Positions 26,354 through 36,979 of a DNA stretch of 64,000 nt are shown here, piece after piece. The translations under genes and the position numbers were made by a program. This DNA comes from Rebecca billardiae RCC1528 (taxonomy: Eukaryota; Protista; Haptophyta). The notes under the pieces were generated by a model that saw only the letters and a program-made list of their open reading frames with translations, had not been told where the DNA came from and made no database searches. The stretch lies in contig OZ251231.1 in NCBI GenBank assembly GCA_965240325.2, positions 372,001 through 436,000 on the forward strand, read 5' to 3'. Position 1 is the stretch's first letter; each line of letters starts with the position of its first letter.

Positions 26354-28377
26354 ACACGCACACACGCACGCGCACACGCACACGCACACACGCACACGCA
26401 CACACACGCGCACACGCACACGCACACGCGCACACGCGCACGCACACGCACACACACACACGCACACACACGCGCGCACACGCACACGCACACGCGGCGC
26501 ATACGCGCGCGCACACACACGCGCGCACACGCACACGCACACACACACACGCACACACACGCGCGCACACGCACGCACGGAGAGCGAGGGAGGAGAGAGA
26601 GAGCGCGCGAGAGACGCGCACACACAGCACACACGCGCACACACGCGCGCACGCGCGCACACACACGCGCGCACGCGCGCGGGAGCGAGGGTGTGCTGTG
26701 CTGGAGTTGTGTGCGAACGCCTGCCGCCCGCGCCAGCGGCGCCGAGACCCCCCCCCCCGCGCTGCGCCGCGCGGCTGCGCTCACCGAGCCGCGCGCGCGC
26801 GCCGCGGCGCAGACGATGTGCGCGCTGCAGGTGCCTGCCGTCGTCGTGACGTACGCCGGCGCGGCGCAGCACGAGTCGTGCGTGCGCGCGGCCACCGCCC
26901 TGCTCGTCACGCTCAGCGCGGCCAACCCTCGGTACGTGCACGCCGTGCACAGGGAGGCCCTCGACCTGCTCGTCGAGGAGCGCAACCCGCTGGCGCAGCG
27001 GTACGGGGGCGAGGCGCTCCGGCTCATCCTCGCCGCGCTCGACTACGAGGAGCTGTATGACGCGCTGCGCACGCGCCACCGTGCGGAGGACGACGACGAT
27101 GCGGGGGAGGAGGGGGGCGGCGCGGCCGCGGCGGCGCCCGCCGGCAGCGCGGCCAAGCCGGGCGCGAAGGGCGGCGAGGAGGAGGAGGAGGAGGACGAGG
27201 AGGAGGCGCAGGCGCGGCTGGCCGCCGCCGCCGCCGCCGCGGCCAAGGCCGCGCTCGCGGATGCGCCGGAGGCCGCCGAGCCCGGCACAGGCTCACGCGG
27301 CGGCACCGCCGGCAAGCCGGAGCGCCGCGCGCGCAGCCGGCTCGGCGCGGACCCCGAGCTCGCGCGCGCGCGGCGCGCGGCGCTCGACTCCGCGCTGGTG
27401 CTCAGCCCGGCGTACGTGGACGGCGGCGTGGCGCTTCTGCAGTCCTTCTCGATCCACACGCAGCGCGTCGGCGGGCACATTCTGCTGCTGCTTGCCGAGC
27501 ACAAGCCGCTGCACGAGCTGCTGCTGCTGCGCATGCGCGCCGTGCTTATCGAGGCGCGCGCGATGCACGCGCAGGTGCGTGCGCGGCTGCCGTGCGCCGC
27601 GGCGCGCGCGGCACACCGCGCCGCCAACCCGCGCCGCGCCGCCGCGCACCCGCCCCCTGCCCGACGCAGGCCGCCGTGGCGCACGTGATTGGCCAACTGC
27701 TCGGAACCGCGCCACTCAACCGACACGGCGCCGACCCGCCGCGCGACGAATCGTCCGTGCTCGCGGCGCACGAGGCGCGGATCTCGATCATCCCGCGCAC
27801 CAACCGCGAGCTCCTCGCGGAGCGGCTGGTGGGCGCGGACTTCATCCCGCTGCTCGTCGGGCTGCTGATGCACATGCGCTCGCACGAGTGCAGGCGGCAG
27901 GCGGCGGTGTCGCTCCAGACGATCGCGCGCTTTGGCAGCCCCGCCGCCGCCGCCGCGGTGCAGCAGTACGCCGCGCCGGTGTTCAGCGAGCTGCTGGTGC
28001 GCGCGCGCGCGCGCGCGCGCGCGCCAGCCCCCTCCGCACGCCGCGCACGCGCACGCCGCCCGCCCGCTCCAGCCTCGCCCTCGCCCAGCGGGAGCTGCCC
28101 GTCGCCCACAGCCCTCAGCTTCAGACTCACCTCCGCGCGCGCCGCGCCGCGCGCGCGCGTGCGCCGCCCGCCGCAGGATGACCCGCTCGGCCTCTCCTCC
28201 GCGCCCCTCGAGGAGGGCGTCCGGCAGCAGATCAGCGCGCTCGTCTCAAAGTACCGAGACCAGCTCGAGCGCGCGGCGGCGGTCAGCTTCGACCAGACGC
28301 CGCCCGGCTCGTCGGAGGCGACCCCGGCGGTTGGGAAGGACCGCTTCGCAAAGCCAGCGCAGCCGCCTGTCGCCTAA
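25766..28377 (+). CDS. ARMH1: Armadillo-like helical domain-containing protein 1 homologue (4 exons)
   Basis: [24 protein letters not shown]...[25 protein letters not shown] and ANPRYVHAV match my recollection of the ARMH1/C1orf228 N-terminus. Introns are ~26246-26812, ~27575-27669 and ~27997-28176. The start could be the ATG at 25832. Confidence 0.8.
26257..26680. repeat. Intronic (CA/CACG)n microsatellite-like tract
   Basis: cacacg/cacgca repeats filling ARMH1 intron 1; a similar tract lies at 18290-18390. Confidence 0.9.
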
Positions 28378-28584
28378 CTAGTAACGGGCTACGGCGGCTA
28401 CTCAGTACTCGCCCGCGGCCGCGGGCGCGCGGCTACGGCGGCTAGGGCTAGTCGTAAGCATTGTGTCGTCATCATCACTCACAGTCACATTGTCAGCAGC
28501 ATCCGATTCCGAAGTGCGACGCGACTCATCATCCGCGATTCCGCGGATAGCTAGATAATCAGTCGTCTGCTAGATATATATTAT

Positions 28585-28607
28585 AGATAGATAGATATAG
28601 ATAGATA

Positions 28608-28638
<31 letters not shown>

Positions 28639-28646
28639 TAGATAGA
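28585..28646. repeat. (GATA)n microsatellite
   Basis: Directly visible between convergent genes. Confidence 0.9.
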
Positions 28647-28896
28647 TGATGATGAAATAATCGTCGGCGACAGCAATCAATCATCCGCCGCGCGTCCGCG
28701 CCGTCGTGACTCACTAGTCACTGACTAATTCTATGATGATTTAAAGACACAGGCACGAGGGCGCAGCTCTCCTGATTCGTCTGTCGAAGTACTGAATGGA
28801 GTTACAGTGACTCGTCGGGCCGTCGTCGAGAGGAGCCTCGAGTCCTGAGTCCTGACTCCTGATGTCGACCGTAGCGCAGTCTGCTTAGTCGGACGA

Positions 28897-30039
28897 TCAT
28901 GATGACGATGCATCATGATGCTGACCACGCGCATCCGACGGGGGCGCGTGCCCGAGCTTCGCGCTACCCGTCGCCCCGACGCCAGCGCCGATCCTGTCGT
29001 ACACCCTGTCCATGTGCTCGCCCATCGTGCACGCGTCGTACCGCGCCGTGCCAAAGGCCGGGAGAGGGGCGACGCGCGTGTCCGAGGTGACGCCGTTGAA
29101 GCGCACAATCGACATGCGCTCGTGTGGCAGCGGCGGCACGCGGTGCGGCGTGGCAACGAGGGTGCCGTTCGTCCAGCGCTCGAGCATGTCGCCAACCAGC
29201 ACGATGAGCTCGCCCCGCGAGGTCGGCGGCGCGTCGATCCATGGCCCGCCATCGCCGGCCGACGCGGCCGAGCGCGCGTCCGCGGCGTCCCGGGCAGCGG
29301 GTGCGCGCGCGCGCAGCTGCAGCCCCGGCGCCGACTGGTGGATCAGGGTGAAGCACTCGAAGTCGGTGTGCGCGCTGATGCCCAGCGCATCGGGCTCGTG
29401 CGGGACGGCGCCCGGCGCGTATCGAAGCACGCGCATCGTCGCGCGCGCGTCCACGCCCGCGTGCTTGGCGAAGGTGTCGGGCGGAAGGCGCAGCGCCTCC
29501 GCAAGCGCGACGTGCAGCGCGTGCGACACGACCGAGAGGCGCGCGTACAGCTTGTTGAGGCACGGCGCGAGCTGCGGCAGCTCGGCGTGGGGCCACACGT
29601 TCGGGCCCATGTTCGGGTCACCGTTCGTGCCGCCCGGCGGGTGGTCGTGCCCCAGCTCGAACGCCTCGACCAGGCTCGTCGTCCCGGCCTCGTACGCCGC
29701 CTCGGCACCCGGCGGGGTCCAGCCGCGGCCGAGCGCTGGATCCTTGGCGACGTTGTACTTGTGCTTCACATCCGACGGCAGATCGCAGAAGAACCGGTTG
29801 CTGAGCGTGTACGCGGCCTCGATCTGCGCCGGTGGGACGACGCCAGTCGGCACGCTCGCGATGAAGAAGCCCGGCCATTCGACCGTTGCCGCGCGCAGCG
29901 CATCGAGCGCTGCGAGGCGCGACGGGTCAGACGAGCCTGCAGGCGCGCGTATCAGCGAGGCGACGTCCACGCGAGGTATGACGTCGCCCGACAGCGCGGA
30001 GCTGGCCAGGCGCCGCCAGCGGCCAACCCGGGCCGCCAT
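28897..30039 (-). CDS. 2-oxoglutarate/Fe(II) dioxygenase, isopenicillin-N-synthase-like (DIOX_N + 2OG-FeII_Oxy)
   Basis: 380-aa ORF with IPRVDV, PGFF, GPNVWP, AHTDFECFTLIHQ, GDMLERWTNG..ATPHRV and RMS (HxD...H and RxS motifs). Confidence 0.92.
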   Translation of the reverse strand: MAARVGRWRRLASSALSGDVIPRVDVASLIRAPAGSSDPSRLAALDALRAATVEWPGFFIASVPTGVVPPAQIEAAYTLSNRFFCDLPSDVKHKYNVAKDPALGRGWTPPGAEAAYEAGTTSLVEAFELGHDHPPGGTNGDPNMGPNVWPHAELPQLAPCLNKLYARLSVVSHALHVALAEALRLPPDTFAKHAGVDARATMRVLRYAPGAVPHEPDALGISAHTDFECFTLIHQSAPGLQLRARAPAARDAADARSAASAGDGGPWIDAPPTSRGELIVLVGDMLERWTNGTLVATPHRVPPLPHERMSIVRFNGVTSDTRVAPLPAFGTARYDACTMGEHMDRVYDRIGAGVGATGSAKLGHAPPSDARGQHHDASSS

Positions 30040-30221
30040 GCTTGGCAGTTCGAATCAGCCACGAGTTGTCCTCCGTTTCGTTCACACTCGTTTGGGGAGA
30101 GCCGACGACCTGCCGCCGCCGCCCGTTTCCTAGTCTGGGACGGCTTCTGGGCGTTCTTTGGGACGAACCTCTCGACGAGGAGCCCGACCGTCCGACGACG
30201 CGGAGGCGTGCGGCGTGCGCC

Positions 30222-31578
30222 ATGATGGGCGTCATCATCAGCCCTGCGGCGGAGAAGGCGCTCTCTTTCCTCGCTATGATTTGGGTGGGCTACATCATCC
30301 GCCCCAAGTTGCAGGACAAGAAGGCGCAGGCTGGCCTGCGCGCGCTCATCCTCAATGCGCTCCTCCCCGCCGTCATCTTCAAGGGCCTGGTCGGCGTGAA
30401 GGTGTCGATCGAGAGCCTCGAATTCCCGCTGATTAACGCGGTGCACATCGCCATGCAGCTCGTGGGCAGCGTGACCGCCGCGCGGTTCATCCTGCCGGGG
30501 ACCGATCGCTCCGCTCGCGCCGCGCGGAGCACGCTCGCCTTCATCGGCTCGTCCTTCGCGCCCGGTCTCTCCGCGTTTGTGTTTGTAAAGGAGTTCGCGC
30601 CCACGGGGATGGCGATGGGCGCGCTGATGGACCTGGCGAGCAAGGGGTACCTGCTGGTGGTGATTCCAACGATGATGCGCGTCGCGTACTCCCCGGCGGG
30701 CGGCTCGAGCGGCGTGCCCAAGGCCGCCGCGCCGGCGTCGGGAGGCTGGCTCAAGTCGGCCGCGCGTGCGCTGGCCGTGCCGCTCAACTTCGCCATCTTT
30801 GCCGGGCTGGCGATGAGCGTGCTTGGCCTCACCGTGCGCGACCTCGGCTTCATCGGCGTCGCGATCGACCGGCTCGAGGCGGCGCAGTCGCCTGTGCTCT
30901 TTCTCATGATCGGCATCACTGTCTCGCTGAGTGCGCGCAGCGCACCTCGTTTGCCCGCGCGCGCGCGCACGCGTGCGCAGGCGCACGCACGCCGCGGGCG
31001 GCATCTGACGCGCGGCACCGTGCCCACGCCGCGGTGCGCCCCACCCCGTGGCAGGCGGGGACACGCCGTTCGTGTGCGGCGCGATGGCCCTCGTGCGCGC
31101 GGCCATTGCGCAGCTCTGCGCCTTCGTCGTCGTGCGCACCTTGGATATGCAGGGCGACAGCGCCCTCACCGTCGTCATCATGTTCCGGGCAGCGTGCTCG
31201 GTCGTGTGCTACGCGCAGCTCGAGAAGGCCGCGGCGGCCGTGTCGGCGTCGGGCTCGGGGCGGGACGGCGACAAGGAGTGCCACGTCGGCCTGGCGCTCG
31301 ACCTGGTGAGCTACTCGTTCCCGCTGTCGATCCTCCTGAACACCTCTGCCGGCCTCTGCGGCGCGGCCTACATATCTGCGATCCCCATGCTTGCACCCGG
31401 GATGGTCGCCGCCGCCGTTGCTGTGAAGCTGGCTGGCGGCAGTGGTGGCAGTGGCGGCGCGAGCGCGCCGAGCAGCGGCAAGGCGGCTACCAGCGGCAAG
31501 CCTGCCGGCGGCAAGCCTGCCGGCGGCAAGCCTGCCGGCGGCAAGCCTGCCGGGGGCAAGAAAACGAAGAGCACGTAG
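30222..31578 (+). CDS. AEC family (auxin efflux carrier / PIN-like) membrane transporter, 2 exons
   Basis: Two clusters of TM helices separated by a hydrophilic loop; LILNALLPAVIFKGL and PVLFLMIG. Intron ~30931-31054 restores the frame. C-terminal GGKPA repeats. Confidence 0.7.
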
Positions 31579-32233
31579 CTAGCTCAAGCTGTCGTAGTCG
31601 TTAGCTTTAGCTAATAAGTTGGGCACGCTTTGTCGCTTACACTTACAGCACTGTCAGCAGGTCGCTGGGCCACCGTGCTGCATGGGCAGCCGATTAATAT
31701 TTATAATATAAATATAACTACTTAATTCTTAAAGCCAGCATCGGTCTGTACTCGTATTCGTAGCAGTGATCTGTGATGTACTACACGGCGACTGCCGTCG
31801 CGTAGCGCAGTCGCGCGTATAGTCACCGCGTATATCGTCATCAGCCATCAATATCTGACGAATAATCAGTCGCGAATAATGGATTAATCTCGTCTAGTAA
31901 ATTAAGGATAAATGCGATCGGCCGCGGCCCGGGGCCTAGTGGGGTCAGAGCTCCGACCGTTACGCTCTCCGGGGTGCCACAATCTCCCGAACTGATCTCT
32001 TAGCATGAACTATCACACGGGTATTTACTTGGACGAACTAGTTAGTAGGCGTTACTAAGGCTTAATTCCAGGGTCACAGCAACGACTTCTTTTTTAAAGC
32101 GGCCGTTAGCGTGTCCATCGGCCGGATTATTTTACGGAAAATTACTATGCGCTGCGCGCGCGCGCCCAGCGGGCGGCGCGCGCGCGCGACTAGTCCCCCC
32201 TGCATGCCCTAACCGTCAGCTGCCTGATTCCCG

Positions 32234-35200
32234 CTACCCAGCCCCGCTGCCGTCGCGCGCGACATCCGCGCCGTCGCTCACCGTCGCCGAGGCCGAGCGC
32301 GCCGCCGCCCTCAATTTGCTCTTGAGTGCCGACAAGTCCTCCTCCGGAAGCCCAGCCTCCTCGCGCACGAGCTTGCGCGCCGCGATGTACTCGTCGACCA
32401 GGTCGTGCGCGCCGGCCTTCGCCTTGCGCTGCCATTCGCGCTGCCGCTTGCCCTCCTTCTTCAGCCAGAGCCGCCGCACCTTGTCGCCGAACTCCTCCTC
32501 CGCCCACGTCGCAAGCGACACGCGGCGCAGGAGCTGCGCGGCCGTCGAGATGTGCGGCTGCACCGTCGACTTCTTCCCCTCGGCATACTCGCGGACGAAC
32601 GAGTCGAGCGACTTGCGCGCGTTCACGAGCGGCATCGCCCGCTTGGTCACCTGCACGAAGTGCTCCTGCACCTGCTCGTCCGCGAGCTGCACGAGGTGGC
32701 CCCACCGCCTGATCAGCAGAGGCAAGACGAACCGCGCGATCGTCTTGTACTGCGAGGTGACCGGCTTGAGGACGAACAGGTCGAGCGCCTCGACCCACGC
32801 CGTCGCGGCTGCCTCAACCTCGTCCGCACGCTTCGCGCGGCCATCGTCATCGTCCGTGTAGCCGCGCGAGGAGACGAGGTCGTGCAGCTGCCACGTGAGC
32901 ATGAGCAGGCGGCAGAAGAGTGCCATGCGCGGCATGTCCGCGATCTCGGCCTTCAACTGCGCCTCGTCGTCAAAGCCGATCTCGTCCATCATCTCGCGCT
33001 CCTCCTCGTCCTGCATGTCCGAGATGCGCGCGTCCTCGTCGCCGCTGTCCGCCGCGCCCGCGCTGCTCGCGCCGTCGAGATCCGCGTCGATCTTCCACAC
33101 GACCTGCACCAACGCCCAGAAGACCGCGTGCGTGCGCAGCAGCGAGATGCCGTCGCCGCGGAGGTCGGGCACGCCGATCTCGTTGGTGCGCGTGCGCCGC
33201 TTGGGCACTCGCACAGGCACGCCCGCGTTCTTGAACAGGACGATCAGGTCGTACTTGGTGAGCGGCGCGTCGCGGCCGTACAGCTCGTCCACCTCCCTCC
33301 ACAGCGCCGACAGCACCGGCTTGAAAGTGTCGTGCTTGAAGTGCATGATGCCGGGGAAGTAGTTGACGTGCTCGAGCTCCAGCTGCGGTAGCAGCCACTG
33401 GTTCTCGTGCAGCTTCTGGTCGACGATGCGCTCGGCGTCCTTCGAGTCGTCGGCGAGAAGGCGGCGGCGCTTGGTCATCTCGGCGTCGCACTCGCCCTGG
33501 TCGGCAGGCGTGACCTTGCACGCAGGGCACGTCACGCCCGGGTCCGCGTGGCACAGCGCGCGCGCGCGCTTGTACGTGCGCAGCCGCCACTGAGGCGAGC
33601 CGCCGTCCGCGCCCGCCTCCTTGACCGCCCACACGTTGAAGCGGAGCGGCGAGACGTTGTGCGAGCCCTGGCCGGCGAGGCTGGCAAGGTTGACATAATC
33701 GCCGGTGTACGTGATGATGGCCTTCTGCTCCTCCGCGTAGTCGGCCGCCTCGCCGCCGCCGCCAAAACCGCCGCCGGCCGCGCCGCCCGCCGCGCCGGCA
33801 GCGCCGGCCGCGCCGGCCGCGCCGGCCGCGCCGGCCGCGCCGCCGGCCGCGGCGGCCGCGGCGGCCGCGGCGGCCGCGGCGGCCGCGCCGCCGGCCGTGC
33901 CCGCGCTCGGGTTGCCAGCCGCGCTGCTCGCCGCGCCGCCGGCCGCGCCACCGGCCGCGCGGACGCCAGCGCCGGCGGTGCCGCCAGCCACGCCGCTGCC
34001 GCTGCCGCTGCCGCCCGCGCCGCCCGCGCCGCCCGCGCCGCCGCCAGCGCCCGCGCCCGCGTTACCAGCCGCGCCGCCGGCCGCGCCGCCGGCCGCGCGG
34101 ACGCCAGCGCCGGCGGTGCCGCCAGCCACGCCGCTGCCGCTGCCGCCCGCGCCGCCCGCGCCGCCCGTGCCGCCGGCCGTGCCGCCGGCCGTGCCGCCGG
34201 CCGCGCCGCCGGCCGCGCCGCGGGCCTCGCCGCGGCCCGCGCCGCCGGCCGCGCCGGCTGTGACGGCCGCGGCCGCGCCGCCGGCCGCGCCGGCCACACG
34301 TGCGGTGGCGGCAGCAGGCGGCGTCGGTCGCGGCGGAAGCAGGCCGCTCCGGATCACGTCATTGATCGCGTCGGCGTGCGCACTCCATAACTCGGACATG
34401 TCCGAGTCCGGCCGCTCCGAGATGGCGATCGCCTCTGACGACGCGAGCGCGCCGTAGTTGACGCCCCAGCCGTTGCGCACGATGGCGATCGTGGCCGTGC
34501 GCGAGTGAGCCGTGTTGCCCGCGTCCGCCGAGAGGAGGAGGACGTGCGGATGCCCGCGCGGGCGCGCGGACTTGCCGTTGCGCTCCGAGCGATCCAGCAC
34601 GGCGTGCACGGCCTGCGCCCACGGCCGCGCCGCCGACTCGCTGCCGATCATGAGCACGCCCGCGCCCGCGTGCTCGCGATCGCGCTGCGCGACCTCTCGA
34701 GAGCCAGCCGCCGGCGGCGGGATCGGGTGGCGGATCGGCTCGCGGCCGAAGCCGCCGCGGAAGACGGTGCGAGCCGAGTGCTCGCCCGTCACCGGGTGGA
34801 TCTCCTTCCCCACCCACTCGCGCCACGTGTCGAACTGCGCGTCCGTGACGTTCTTCGAGACGAGGTAGCCGGCGACGTCGTGGTGCGTCTGATGAGATTG
34901 AATCTCGCGCACAACGCCCACTGCGCCGCGGCGCTGCTGGAGGTAGGCGTGCCTCGCCCACGGCTTGCGCGAGCCGTCGTCTGCGCCCTCGAGCATCTCG
35001 TGCAGCACGAGGTCCATCACGTCGTCGGGCGTGCCACGCAGGATGTGCTCGATATGGTCCGCCTCCCCCCGCCTGCGCTTGCGGCACGCGTTGCTCGAGA
35101 CCGAGAGAGATGGGCGCTGAGCGCGCTGCCGATGAGCGCCGTCCAGCCCGTTCAGCTCGGCGAGGTGCTCGAACTTGCCGGCGGCTCGGTCGGCGCGCTT

Positions 35201-36979
35201 GCGCGCGGCGTCCTTGTCGCGCTTGAGCTCGACAAGCTGCGACTGCTGCTCGTCGCAGAGCGACTGGGCGTGCGCGCACTGCTGCTCGAGCAGCTGCTGC
35301 GCGTGCAGCGCAGCCGCGAGCTCGTGCTCGACGCCGCTCAGCGCGTCAGCGGCGATGTGCTCGGTCGCGGTGAGGCGGCGCTCCAACTCGAGGGCCCGAT
35401 CGCGCTGCGCGTCGGCGGCGCGCTGCGCAGCTGCGGCCCGCGCGTTCGCCTCTTCGAGATCGCGCCGAAGCTTCGCCTGCGCCTGCTCCGCCTCGGCGTC
35501 GTGGCGGGTGCGCGCATCCGCGCTGTGCCCGGCGCGGTACCCGGCGAGCACAGCGCGCCTCTCCGCGGCAGCAGCGGCGGCGCGCGCGGCGGCGATCCGG
35601 TCGAGGGCCTCGCGCTCGATGTTCTCGCACTCGAGCTTGACGGCGGCGATCACCACGTCGAGAACCGGCTCGAGATCGACGGCGGCCGAGTTGACGATGT
35701 CCTCGCGCTGCCGCACCGCGTCGTCGCGCTCGCGCTCGAGCTCGCCGTTGAAGTGCTCGAGCTCGGTCACACGTGTGCGCAGCGAGGTGAGCTCGAGCTC
35801 GGAAGGGACGCTGCGCGTGCTGTGCGAGCGCCGCAACTGCTGCTCGAGCTCGGCCACGTGCTGCAGCTCGGCCATGCGCCTTCGACCCCGTGCTGTCTGC
35901 TCGTCCGCCTCTGCCTCGGGCGTCGGCGCCACGCTGCCAGCCGAGCGCGTGAGAGGCCGCTGGCGGGTGGGCGCGGCCGAGAGCAGCACGGCAGGCGGCG
36001 GCGACATGAAGGCGGGCGAGGCGACGGCAGGTGACCTCGGCGGCAGCAGCTCTTCCGCCGACCCACCGACGAACGGCTGCGCCGCCGCGCCAGCGAGGAG
36101 GAGTGGCGGCGCGGGCTGGCGGGAGGCGCTGCGCGTGACCGCGGGCGACGGCGCAGCGGCAGCAGGAAAGCTCAAGGCGGAGGAGGCGTTGGTAGTGGCG
36201 GGCGAGAAGACGAGGTGGTCGGCGTGAGCGGGAAGAGACGAGAAGCGGGCAGCGACGACGGCGGGAGACAAATCGGCGGCGGCGGCGGCGGCTGATGCCG
36301 CCGCCTCGCCGCCATCAGCTCGAAGGAGAGCGAGCGCGCGCGCGGTCGGTGGACGGGCGGCATCATGCGGCGAGGACAGCGGCTGCGGCTGCGGCCGCGG
36401 CCGCGGCCGCGGCCGCGGCTGCGGCGGCTGCACGAGCGGCGGAGGCAGGTGCGGAGGCGCCGACGGCAGCTGCGGCGGTGGCGGAAGCGACGGCAGCGGC
36501 GGCGGCCCCAACGGAGGCAGCGGCTGGGTGTCCGCGACCGCGTAGGGCATCACGGCGGCGGACGATGGATCGGATGGCGCGTCGGCGCAGAGGCCGGGCG
36601 TGAGACCGAGGACTGGAACATGCGAGAGAGGCTGAGAATGAGAATGCAGATGGGCATGCGTGGGATCGAGGGCAGAGAGATCGAGGGGGGGATGCGGCGC
36701 GACCGCGCCGTCACCAGCTGGCGCGCGACGCCATCGGGCGCTGCTCGCTGCTCGGCGAGTGGCGGTCAGCTGCTCGCGCTGCGAGCGGCGCGCTTTCCAG
36801 TCCGCGCGCTTGCGCCGTGAGACGTCGGACTCGGGCGGCGCCGCCGGTGCCGCCGCGGCGGGCGCCGCGGCAGGCGCTGCCGGCGGCGCGCCCGTGAGCT
36901 CCGACGGGCCCTTCGTCACAGACGGCGTGCGCCGCCAGCCCCGCCTCCGCCGCGGCGCATCGAGACGCCCTGCGCGCAC
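32234..36979 (-). CDS. RAG1/Transib-like DDE transposase (true start uncertain; may be spliced to the upstream ORF)
   Basis: Colinear motifs: RPSLSVSSNACRKRRR (NBD-like), YLVSKNVTDAQFDTWR (DDBD-like), LLLSADAG (D1), YTGDYVNLASLAG (D2), PGIMH, DLRGDGISLL, VTSQY...LPLLIRRWGHLVQLADEQVQEH (E). Confidence 0.75.
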   Translation of the reverse strand: MRAGRLDAPRRRRGWRRTPSVTKGPSELTGAPPAAPAAAPAAAAPAAPPESDVSRRKRADWKARRSQREQLTATRRAASSARWRRAPAGDGAVAPHPPLDLSALDPTHAHLHSHSQPLSHVPVLGLTPGLCADAPSDPSSAAVMPYAVADTQPLPPLGPPPLPSLPPPPQLPSAPPHLPPPLVQPPQPRPRPRPRPQPQPLSSPHDAARPPTARALALLRADGGEAAASAAAAAADLSPAVVAARFSSLPAHADHLVFSPATTNASSALSFPAAAAPSPAVTRSASRQPAPPLLLAGAAAQPFVGGSAEELLPPRSPAVASPAFMSPPPAVLLSAAPTRQRPLTRSAGSVAPTPEAEADEQTARGRRRMAELQHVAELEQQLRRSHSTRSVPSELELTSLRTRVTELEHFNGELERERDDAVRQREDIVNSAAVDLEPVLDVVIAAVKLECENIEREALDRIAAARAAAAAAERRAVLAGYRAGHSADARTRHDAEAEQAQAKLRRDLEEANARAAAAQRAADAQRDRALELERRLTATEHIAADALSGVEHELAAALHAQQLLEQQCAHAQSLCDEQQSQLVELKRDKDAARKRADRAAGKFEHLAELNGLDGAHRQRAQRPSLSVSSNACRKRRRGEADHIEHILRGTPDDVMDLVLHEMLEGADDGSRKPWARHAYLQQRRGAVGVVREIQSHQTHHDVAGYLVSKNVTDAQFDTWREWVGKEIHPVTGEHSARTVFRGGFGREPIRHPIPPPAAGSREVAQRDREHAGAGVLMIGSESAARPWAQAVHAVLDRSERNGKSARPRGHPHVLLLSADAGNTAHSRTATIAIVRNGWGVNYGALASSEAIAISERPDSDMSELWSAHADAINDVIRSGLLPPRPTPPAAATARVAGAAGGAAAAVTAGAAGGAGRGEARGAAGGAAGGTAGGTAGGTGGAGGAGGSGSGVAGGTAGAGVRAAGGAAGGAAGNAGAGAGGGAGGAGGAGGSGSGSGVAGGTAGAGVRAAGGAAGGAASSAAGNPSAGTAGGAAAAAAAAAAAAAAGGAAGAAGAAGAAGAAGAAGGAAGGGFGGGGEAADYAEEQKAIITYTGDYVNLASLAGQGSHNVSPLRFNVWAVKEAGADGGSPQWRLRTYKRARALCHADPGVTCPACKVTPADQGECDAEMTKRRRLLADDSKDAERIVDQKLHENQWLLPQLELEHVNYFPGIMHFKHDTFKPVLSALWREVDELYGRDAPLTKYDLIVLFKNAGVPVRVPKRRTRTNEIGVPDLRGDGISLLRTHAVFWALVQVVWKIDADLDGASSAGAADSGDEDARISDMQDEEEREMMDEIGFDDEAQLKAEIADMPRMALFCRLLMLTWQLHDLVSSRGYTDDDDGRAKRADEVEAAATAWVEALDLFVLKPVTSQYKTIARFVLPLLIRRWGHLVQLADEQVQEHFVQVTKRAMPLVNARKSLDSFVREYAEGKKSTVQPHISTAAQLLRRVSLATWAEEEFGDKVRRLWLKKEGKRQREWQRKAKAGAHDLVDEYIAARKLVREEAGLPEEDLSALKSKLRAAARSASATVSDGADVARDGSGAG

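Noticed and set aside
18856-27027. 2723-aa ORF as a single protein
   Set aside because: Its first ~510 aa are the antisense of ARMH1, its CA-repeat intron and the promoter. The real start is probably ATG 25497, and the tail reads into an intron.
32075-32110. True 12/23 RSS or a RAG2-like gene in the large transposon
   Set aside because: The heptamer is CACAGCA, there is no ACAAAAACC-like nonamer, the ends are symmetric, and no convergent kelch ORF is present. Plus-strand ORFs are antisense shadows.
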